This document shows, in pieces, positions 1-6,550 of a stretch of DNA of 32,000 bases; within the stretch, counting starts at the first letter, position 1; every line of letters begins with the position of its first letter. The translations under genes and the position numbers were made by a program. The DNA is from Fibrobacter succinogenes subsp. succinogenes S85. GTDB taxonomy: Bacteria > Fibrobacterota > Fibrobacteria > Fibrobacterales > Fibrobacteraceae. A model generated the notes under the pieces. It worked only from the letters and a program-made list of their open reading frames with translations, did no database searches and was not told the DNA's origin. The stretch is from contig NC_017448.1 in the NCBI RefSeq assembly GCF_000146505.1, forward strand, positions 60,001 through 92,000, written 5' to 3'.

Positions 1-104
1 TTCGCGAACATAGTTTGTTTGTGCGATTCAAGAAAAACGGAGTTGAATATCGCTATCATTTGACTGGGCGAAAACAGTAGAATTGGAGCTGTCTGGAGTT
101 TTTA

Positions 105-128
105 AAGTGGGCTTATGCCCACTTTTTT
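105..128 (+). terminator. Intrinsic terminator of a gene lying upstream of the window
   Basis: AAGTGGGC-TTAT-GCCCACTT stem-loop followed directly by a T-run. Confidence 0.6.
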
Positions 129-142
129 GCTAAATTATTCAT

Positions 143-2512
143 GTGAACTCTATACGCTTTTTTAAACTATATCTTTTGGCTGTCTTGGCTGTGTTCCTCG
201 TTGCCTGTTCCGATGACGATGATGGGGCCGAATTCATGTTTGATAGGGAAATTTCCGAAGTATCCGTTCTTTATGAATGCGATTCGGATACGGCAAGCGA
301 ACCTTGCTTTAAAATCAGGTACCGCTATCCGTATCGTCTTGACGATTATGCGGGTCTGTGCCTTTGGTTCGATACGACAATTGTTAACGACACTTCTAAG
401 GCGGTAAGCGATAAGCAGATTCGGCTTGCTCACGATACCACAAATGAGGAAACTTATTTCCACGAGTACAAGAAGTCGGGCCGTTATTACGACACAATTG
501 ATGTGTCTAAAATGGTTGCGCCGTATATCAAAGATGGTTATGATTCTCTTCAGGTTGCGATGTTTAGTGAATATACTGATGGTGGCGACCCTGGTGCCGT
601 GCAACGTGCAGTGCTTCGCTTTAAGGATAATGAGCCTCCTTCTGTCGTTGTGCCAGAAGACTCTGTTTGGTCTAAAGGTGTGATGCTTTCTTGGGATCGT
701 CCAATAGACCAGACCAATTTGCAGGGGGTCGGGAACGGCAAAATCTTAGGTTATAATATTGTCATTTATGCGATTGATCGTCCGGATGAGGATATTCGCG
801 ATTTGAAGGTTTCTTTGCAAACTCCGGCTGGCCTTGACTACACGGGGGGCAAGTACTATAAGCGCAGCGCTCAGATAGTCCGTAATACGGACTCCGTCTA
901 TATTCAAGAAATAAAGTCTAGCGATAAGGATAAAAACTATCTGCGCTTGGTCGTTCTGGATGGTGGGGCTTACGATAGCAAGAATCCTTCGAATAACCAC
1001 TTCCGCATGTTTATCGAAGGCCTCCGTACGCGTTCCAATACTGAAGATTACGAGTACAAGGTGGGATTCTCGTCTTGGGATATCGTCGGCAATCGTAGTG
1101 GCTCGCAGGGCGATACCAAGGTCAGTCCCAAAGACTGGCGTGGATTCATGACAACGGATTCCATTGCTCCTCTGATGTCTAGAAAAATTTTCACAGAAGA
1201 GGATTCGCTTTTCCCGGGCTATGCAAAGCTTGATAGCAACAACAGAGTCCGCATTTTCTGGAGCCGTAGTGTAGACCCGCTCCAGTTCAAACATGGAATT
1301 GAAGTTGATTCCGAATTGGTCATTCCGAGAGGCTGCAACATTCATGAATGTTACAGGGCTGTGACTAGTTATACCGTTGAGTATTATAATAAGCTGGACA
1401 AATCCTGGAACCTGTATCAAGATAACGAGAATATTGCTGGAACCCGCTATATTAAGGGTAAAGATGGTAGCTTCAGTGTCGATGCCTTAGATACGGCTAG
1501 TTTTGTGGGCTATACCATTCGCAGGGTTGCTCCTGGTGATACGCTGATTTTGCGCATCCTTTCTGTTGACAGTTCGGGCTATAAATCAAAGGTTTTGCAG
1601 GATTCAATTTTAGTTTCACCGGGGACTCTCGCGTCGGAACTCCAGTGTCCAGAAGGCTATGTCGCTGTTTCCACGTCTGATACGACTTCGTTCTGCATGG
1701 AACGGTTTGAGCATCGTGATGCAAAAGGCAATTTCATGACAAACGTTCTGCATTCTGAAGCTATGGCTGCTTGCGAGGCTGTCTCTGCGAGCGGTTTTGA
1801 AGTGTCGCTTTGTCGTGAACGCGATTGGGAGCTCGTATGCCTGTCGGGAGGGTCTTTGTCTTATGGTGTTATCGAAGAGGAAGATTCACAGGCTTCGGAC
1901 TACTTGTTCTCTGTATGCAATGTGAGTACAAACGATTCTGCAAGTGCCGCTAATATTGCAAAACGCGATCCGCACTGCATGAACCCGATGGGTGTTCATG
2001 ATTTGCCTGGCCAGTATCAGGAATGGGTGAGGGGGCGTTCCGATGATACCATCGCTATTTTGAAAGGCTCCAGCTATAAGGTGTTCCAGGGAATTGACCG
2101 CGAATCTATTGCCTATTGCACGAACCGCGCATTCCCGTTCTATACGCGTCCGGGGTACACGCAGGATACTGTTTACCTCTACCGCGAAGGAACTCAAGTG
2201 GATACGGTTTACGCTGCTGATACGACTAGAATTTTGCACAAAATATTGACGAAAAACGATTTCAAGGATACGCTTCAGTTCTATGACGTCGTTGATGCTA
2301 ATGGCAAGGTGATAGGCAAGGATTATTCGCTTTATTCTGAATACAAGAAGGGGGGCAACGCATGGCTTGATTCTATTGCTAACGGACTTAAGTATAAGCC
2401 CACTAGCAAGGAACCTGTATTCCTCACAGGTGAAATGATTTCTTATCGTCATGCATCATCGTTCTACAAGTCAACTGCTATTGGCTTCCGCTGCTGCGCG
2501 TACAAGAAATAA
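143..2512 (+). CDS. Large secreted lipoprotein with a C-terminal FGE/SUMF1-like (sulfatase-modifying-factor-like) domain
   Basis: GTG start. The N-terminus MNSIRFFKLYLLAVLAVFLVAC is a lipoprotein signal with lipobox LVAC followed by DDDD. The C-terminal part has FCMERFEH and ends ...AIGFRCCAYKK, resembling FGE-sulfatase domains (FCIDKYEV...GFRC). The 789-codon ORF has coherent codon usage. Confidence 0.7.
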   Translation: MNSIRFFKLYLLAVLAVFLVACSDDDDGAEFMFDREISEVSVLYECDSDTASEPCFKIRYRYPYRLDDYAGLCLWFDTTIVNDTSKAVSDKQIRLAHDTTNEETYFHEYKKSGRYYDTIDVSKMVAPYIKDGYDSLQVAMFSEYTDGGDPGAVQRAVLRFKDNEPPSVVVPEDSVWSKGVMLSWDRPIDQTNLQGVGNGKILGYNIVIYAIDRPDEDIRDLKVSLQTPAGLDYTGGKYYKRSAQIVRNTDSVYIQEIKSSDKDKNYLRLVVLDGGAYDSKNPSNNHFRMFIEGLRTRSNTEDYEYKVGFSSWDIVGNRSGSQGDTKVSPKDWRGFMTTDSIAPLMSRKIFTEEDSLFPGYAKLDSNNRVRIFWSRSVDPLQFKHGIEVDSELVIPRGCNIHECYRAVTSYTVEYYNKLDKSWNLYQDNENIAGTRYIKGKDGSFSVDALDTASFVGYTIRRVAPGDTLILRILSVDSSGYKSKVLQDSILVSPGTLASELQCPEGYVAVSTSDTTSFCMERFEHRDAKGNFMTNVLHSEAMAACEAVSASGFEVSLCRERDWELVCLSGGSLSYGVIEEEDSQASDYLFSVCNVSTNDSASAANIAKRDPHCMNPMGVHDLPGQYQEWVRGRSDDTIAILKGSSYKVFQGIDRESIAYCTNRAFPFYTRPGYTQDTVYLYREGTQVDTVYAADTTRILHKILTKNDFKDTLQFYDVVDANGKVIGKDYSLYSEYKKGGNAWLDSIANGLKYKPTSKEPVFLTGEMISYRHASSFYKSTAIGFRCCAYKK

Positions 2513-2516
2513 GTAA

Positions 2517-2589
2517 TTAGAACTTAGAACTTAGAACTTAGAACATTGCTTTATCTCTAAGTTCTAAGAGCGAAGCGGTCTAAGTTCTG
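2517..2589 (+). repeat. Four tandem TTAGAAC heptamers (2517-2544) plus two downstream inverted copies (TAAGTTCTAAG 2558-2568, CTAAGTTCT 2580-2588)
   Basis: Direct reading of the sequence. The inverted copies can pair with the array in several registers. Confidence 0.9.
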
Positions 2590-2605
2590 CCAACTATAAT
2601 CTATT

Positions 2606-3394
2606 ATGTCAGACCTTAACGAATTTCTTTCTGTCGCAAAGGAACTTGCTCTTAAAGCAGGCGACCTTTGCCTTGAACTCCAGAACAACCTTGGCGATGT
2701 CCGCTACAAGACTGTCAAAGACGTTGTGACTATCGCTGATGTCTCCAGCGAAAAACTCATTGTTGAAGGGCTTCGTGCTGCTTTCCCGACGCACTCCATT
2801 CGCACCGAAGAAGCGGGCGTCATTGAAGGCTCGGATCCGCGCTATCGCTGGATTATCGACCCGGTCGATGGAACGGTGAATTTTAGCCGAGGCATTCCGC
2901 TGTGGGGCATTTCTATTGCGCTCCATTTTGAAGGCAAACCGCTAGTGGCGGTTGTTAATTTACCCAAACTCGGTGAACTCTACACCGCAGCAAAAGGCAT
3001 GGGTGCGTTCATGAATGGCAAACAAATTCACGTGAGCCGCGAATCGAATCCGACACATGCGATTGTTTCGAATGGCGATTTCAACGTGGGCGATGCCGCA
3101 AAAATTAATGCGCAGAATTCGCACAATTTTGCTCGCGAAGCTGAAACGTTTGAACGCGTAAAGTGCTTGGGCTCTGCGGTGATTGAAGGCTGCTTCACGG
3201 CCTGCGGTCGCATTGATTGCTTTGTGATGACCATGAGCTATCCGTGGGACATTGCTGCGATTGCGCTCCTCGTCGAAGAAGCGGGTGGCAAGTCTACACA
3301 CATTGACGGGTCTCCTATGCAATTTGTCGATGCCGAACAGGTCATCTTCACGAACGGACTTTTGCACGAAACCCTCGTGAAAACCCTCGCTTAA
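2606..3394 (+). CDS. Inositol monophosphatase family protein (SuhB/CysQ-like)
   Basis: Motifs WIIDPVDGTVNF and YPWDIAAIALLVEEAGG are typical of the IMPase fold. Length is 262 aa. Confidence 0.85.
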   Translation: MSDLNEFLSVAKELALKAGDLCLELQNNLGDVRYKTVKDVVTIADVSSEKLIVEGLRAAFPTHSIRTEEAGVIEGSDPRYRWIIDPVDGTVNFSRGIPLWGISIALHFEGKPLVAVVNLPKLGELYTAAKGMGAFMNGKQIHVSRESNPTHAIVSNGDFNVGDAAKINAQNSHNFAREAETFERVKCLGSAVIEGCFTACGRIDCFVMTMSYPWDIAAIALLVEEAGGKSTHIDGSPMQFVDAEQVIFTNGLLHETLVKTLA

Positions 3395-3421
3395 AGAACA
3401 CTTTCGTAACGTACCCTTATT

Positions 3422-3450
3422 GTCATTCCCGCCTCCGTGCGGGAATCTCC
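3422..3450 (+). repeat. Hairpin repeat family A copy (GTCATTCCCGC-loop-GCGGGAATCTCC)
   Basis: The ATTCCCGC/GCGGGAAT stem has the same flanks (..GAATCTCCTT..TTAATAA) as the copy at 16931-16957. A related copy lies at 10157-10184. Confidence 0.8.
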
Positions 3451-3505
3451 TTTAATAATACAGAATGGCTGTTTTGTCAACGATGAACCTGCTATAAAAA
3501 AAACA

Positions 3506-3537
3506 TCCCGATTCCGCGACGGAATCGGGACATTTTT
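3506..3537. terminator. Bidirectional intrinsic terminator between convergent genes
   Basis: Perfect 11-bp stem TCCCGATTCCG-CGA-CGGAATCGGGA, with an A-run upstream and a T-run downstream. Confidence 0.8.
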
Positions 3538-3562
3538 ATTTGCGATAAACTTAGACTAAAAA

Positions 3563-3614
3563 CTCGTCTCTCGTCTTTCGTCTAAAGCCACGAAGTGGCG
3601 TTCTTTCGTCTGAA
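3563..3614 (+). repeat. Repeat family B copy: 3x (C/T)TCGTCT heptamers, a GCCAC-GAA-GTGGC hairpin, then GTTCTTTCGTCT
   Basis: Shares the architecture (hairpin with GAA loop + GTTCTTTCGTCT(G/A)A) with 13510-13551. It abuts the stop codon of the minus-strand carboxyltransferase gene. Confidence 0.75.
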
Positions 3615-5156
3615 TTACAGCGGAATATTTCCGTGCTTCTTCCAAAGCACAGCCTTCTTCTTGTTCTTCAAGTTTTCGAATGCAGAAACAAGGCGGTCAC
3701 GAACGCTCTTCGGTTCAATGACTTCGTCGATGAATCCGTTGCCAGCGGCAATGTACGGGTTCAAGTACTTTTCTTCGTACTGAGCGATGTACTGTTCGCG
3801 GAGCTTGGCCGGTTCTGCAGAAGCGGCGATTTCCTTTCTGCGGAGAATGTCGACAGCGCCTTCTGCACCCATCACAGCAATCTGAGCGATCGGGAGGGCG
3901 AACACGCAGTCTGCACCGAGGTTCTTGCTGTTCATGGCGATGTATGCGCCACCGTAAGCCTTGCGGAGGATGAGCGTCACGCGCGGCACTGTTGCTTCGG
4001 CGTATGCAAAGAGGAGCTTTGCACCGTGGCGGATAATGCCGTTGTGTTCCTGCTTCGTGCCCGGCATGTAACCCGGAACGTCTTCGAGCGTAAGGATAGG
4101 AATGTTGAAGCTATCGCAGAAGCGGACAAAGCGTGCTGCCTTATCGCTGGCGTCCACGTCCAAAGAACCGGCGAGGTACTTCGGCTGGTTAGCGACAACG
4201 CCAATCACGTTACCGTCGAGGCGGATAAAGCCGATGACAACGTTCTTTGCAAATTCCGGCTGGATTTCAAGGAAGGAATCCTTGTCGGCAAAGCAGTTGA
4301 GCACGTCGCGAACATCGTAAGCGCGCTTGAAGTTGTCCGGAATGATTTCTTCGATATCGGCGGACTTGTCCACGATTGTACCGGCCTGAGCGACAGACTT
4401 GTCTGTGTTGCTCTGCGGGAGGTACTTGAGCAAGTTACGCACGCCTTCGAGGCATTCCTTGTCGTCCTTGTACACGAAGTGTGCAACACCGGATTTGGAA
4501 GAATGAACGCCTGCGCCACCGAGCTGATCCGGGGTCACGACTTCAGCAGTCACAGCCTTCACGACAGCCGGGCCCGTGATGAACATCTGGCTCGTCTTTT
4601 CGGTCATGAAGATAAAGTCTGTAATAGCCGGGGAGTAGCAAGCACCACCTGCGCACGGTCCGAGAATCACGGAAATCTGCGGAATCACGCCGCTTGCCCA
4701 AGTGTTACGGGCAAAAATGCCACTGTAACCGTCGAGGGAGCTAACGCCTTCTTCGATACGTGCGCCACCGCCATCGTTGATGCTGATGAACGGCACCATG
4801 GAATCAAGGGCGAGGTCCATCACGTGGCAAATCTTTTTGGCGTGTGCGGAACCGAGAGAACCGCCGCTCACCGTGAAGTCCTGGGAGCAAGCGTAAACCG
4901 GGCGGCCATTGATCTTGCCGTAACCCGTCACGACACCGTCACCGTAAATGCGCTTGGATTCCGGGAGCTCGATGCTCTGGGATAGGCGCATAGCACCGAT
5001 TTCCTTGAACGTTCCCTTGTCAAAAAGGATTTCAAGGCGTTCTCGAGCGGTGAGCTTGCCCTGGGAATGCTGCTTTTCTACACGAGCGGCGCCACCACCG
5101 GCCTGTGCCTTGGCGTTGCGTTCGCTCAACTTTTCTAAATACGATTTATCCCACAT
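3615..5156 (-). CDS. Acyl-CoA carboxylase carboxyltransferase subunit (PccB/MmdA/AccD5-like fused CT)
   Basis: 513 aa. Typical blocks include SQDFTVSGGSLG, FISINDGGGARIEEG, ILGPCAGGACYSPA, FITGPAVV and RKAYGGAYIAM. Confidence 0.9.
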   Translation of the reverse strand: MWDKSYLEKLSERNAKAQAGGGAARVEKQHSQGKLTARERLEILFDKGTFKEIGAMRLSQSIELPESKRIYGDGVVTGYGKINGRPVYACSQDFTVSGGSLGSAHAKKICHVMDLALDSMVPFISINDGGGARIEEGVSSLDGYSGIFARNTWASGVIPQISVILGPCAGGACYSPAITDFIFMTEKTSQMFITGPAVVKAVTAEVVTPDQLGGAGVHSSKSGVAHFVYKDDKECLEGVRNLLKYLPQSNTDKSVAQAGTIVDKSADIEEIIPDNFKRAYDVRDVLNCFADKDSFLEIQPEFAKNVVIGFIRLDGNVIGVVANQPKYLAGSLDVDASDKAARFVRFCDSFNIPILTLEDVPGYMPGTKQEHNGIIRHGAKLLFAYAEATVPRVTLILRKAYGGAYIAMNSKNLGADCVFALPIAQIAVMGAEGAVDILRRKEIAASAEPAKLREQYIAQYEEKYLNPYIAAGNGFIDEVIEPKSVRDRLVSAFENLKNKKKAVLWKKHGNIPL

Positions 5157-5177
5157 AGTATTCCTGTGTGTTTGCGC

Positions 5178-6026
5178 TTACTTCTGAATGCGCTTGATAA
5201 GGTTGGTAAGGACTTCGCCGGGGCCAAGTTCCTTAAATTCCGTGGCACCGTCTGCAATCATGTTCTTGACCGTCTGTGTCCAACGGACGGGGGAGGTGAG
5301 CTGAGTGAGAAGGTTTGCCTTAATTTCGTTCGGGTCTGTATGCGGCTTGGCGTCTACGTTTTGGTAGACCGGGCAGACCGGAGTCGAAAATTCAGTTTCT
5401 TCGATAGCCTTGGCGAGTTCTGCACGAGCGCTTTCCATGAGCGGGGAGTGGAATGCACCACCGACCTGCAGCGGAACGACACGCTTCACCTTACCGGTGA
5501 GATATGCAGCGACTTGATCGATACCGGCCTTTTCGCCAGAAATCACGACCTGTCCCGGGCTGTTGAAGTTTGCCGGAACAACTGCTGCGTCCTTGACCTG
5601 TGCGCAAGCTTCTTCGACGAGTTCGTCAGAACCGCCGAGAACTGCTGCCATCGTACCCGGGCGGAGCTCGCATGCCTTCTGCATGGCTTCGGCACGCTTT
5701 GCAACGAGCTTGAGACCAGCTTCAAAAGTGATGGCGCCCGTAGCCGTGAGTGCGGAGAATTCGCCGAGCGAATGACCAGCGGCCATATCCGGCTTACCAC
5801 CCTGAACCTTAGCCATAGCAACGGAGAGCAGGAACACTGCCGGCTGCGTGACTTTCGTCTGCTTGAGGTCTTCTGCGGTGCCATTGAACATCACGTCAGT
5901 GATGTTGAAGCCGAGAATTTCGTTTGCCTTGAGGAACATCGACTTTACGTCGGCGTTCGATTCGAATAAATCTTTGCCCATTCCTGGGAACTGAGAACCC
6001 TGACCGGGAAATACGTATGAAATCAT
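5178..6026 (-). CDS. fabD: Malonyl-CoA:ACP transacylase
   Basis: N-terminus MISYVFPGQGSQ, active-site GHSLGEFSAL, and VGGAFHSPLM. Length is 282 aa. Confidence 0.93.
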   Translation of the reverse strand: MISYVFPGQGSQFPGMGKDLFESNADVKSMFLKANEILGFNITDVMFNGTAEDLKQTKVTQPAVFLLSVAMAKVQGGKPDMAAGHSLGEFSALTATGAITFEAGLKLVAKRAEAMQKACELRPGTMAAVLGGSDELVEEACAQVKDAAVVPANFNSPGQVVISGEKAGIDQVAAYLTGKVKRVVPLQVGGAFHSPLMESARAELAKAIEETEFSTPVCPVYQNVDAKPHTDPNEIKANLLTQLTSPVRWTQTVKNMIADGATEFKELGPGEVLTNLIKRIQK

Positions 6027-6030
6027 GGCT

Positions 6031-6058
6031 CAAATTTAGTAAATAATATTACTGTAAA
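6031..6058 (-). promoter_or_regulatory. Candidate FCB-type promoter of fabD: TTTACA-N14-TAAATTTG, ending 4 nt before the ATG
   Basis: The minus-strand reading is TTTACAGTAATATTATTTACTAAATTTGAGCC-ATG. The bipartite pattern is the same as at 6208-6235 and 18943-18969. Confidence 0.4.
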
Positions 6059-6207
6059 TGGTATTTATATATTACAGAAAACATACTTTTTAAAAAAAGT
6101 TTACAATACGCATTTTGCCCTAAACACACTAACTAATATAGGTGTGATAAGCGTTTACCATTTATCCTCGAAAACTGCATTTTGTACGTTTTTTATGAAA
6201 ACGGCAA

Positions 6208-6235
6208 TTTACGAAAGAATATTTTTCTATCTTTG
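6208..6235 (+). promoter_or_regulatory. Candidate FCB-type promoter of the ACP operon: TTTACG-N14-TATCTTTG
   Basis: TATCTTTG matches the TAnnTTTG (-7) element described for Bacteroides. The flank TTTCTATCTTTG(G)CAC is shared with 18958-18973. The SD-like AAGAGGA at 6253-6259 lies 9 nt before the ATG. Confidence 0.45.
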
Positions 6236-6268
6236 CACTAAAATTTTATCAAAAGAGGATACAAAAAT

Positions 6269-6514
6269 ATGGCAAACGAAGAAATCAAGAGCAAACTCAA
6301 GGCATTCTTTATGTCCGATCTCGGCGTAGACGGCGATGTCCTGAATTACGATACTCCGCTTTTCGGCGAAGAAATCGGTCTTGACTCCGTGGACTCCCTT
6401 GAAATCATCTCCTTCGTCGATGACAACTTCGGCGTTTCTATGACTGGCGTTGCTAAGGAAAACTTCCAGAGCATCGATACCATCGCCGCTTTCATCGAAA
6501 AGAACAAGGCTTAA
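6269..6514 (+). CDS. Acyl carrier protein (dedicated, non-canonical)
   Basis: 81 aa and acidic. The phosphopantetheine-site motif is GLDSVDSLEIISFV (DS-L/V), rather than the GADSLDTVELV of housekeeping AcpP. Confidence 0.85.
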   Translation: MANEEIKSKLKAFFMSDLGVDGDVLNYDTPLFGEEIGLDSVDSLEIISFVDDNFGVSMTGVAKENFQSIDTIAAFIEKNKA

Positions 6515-6550
6515 TCAAGCCTTTTTATTTGAGTATTGTTTGGAATTTCT

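Noticed and set aside
1-80. Possible 3' end of an upstream CDS (frame 3 reads ...FKKNGVEYRYHLTGRKQ*, frame 1 stops at 61-63)
   Set aside because: It is too short to tell which frame, if any, is coding. Only the terminator at 105-128 is supported.
2517-3614. CRISPR array hypothesis for the short repeats
   Set aside because: The repeat units are 7 nt or single hairpins. They lack regularly spaced 25-40 nt repeats and unique spacers, and no cas genes are present in the window.
6046-6080. CTGT...ACAG-containing repeats (ATATTACTGTAA / ATATTACAGAAA) that look like an E. coli-type SOS box
   Set aside because: The spacing is CTGT-N18-ACAG, not N8, and this lineage appears to use a different LexA box. 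The left copy is better explained as the TTTACA (-33-like) element of the fabD promoter candidate, and the region is AT-rich enough for chance similarity.
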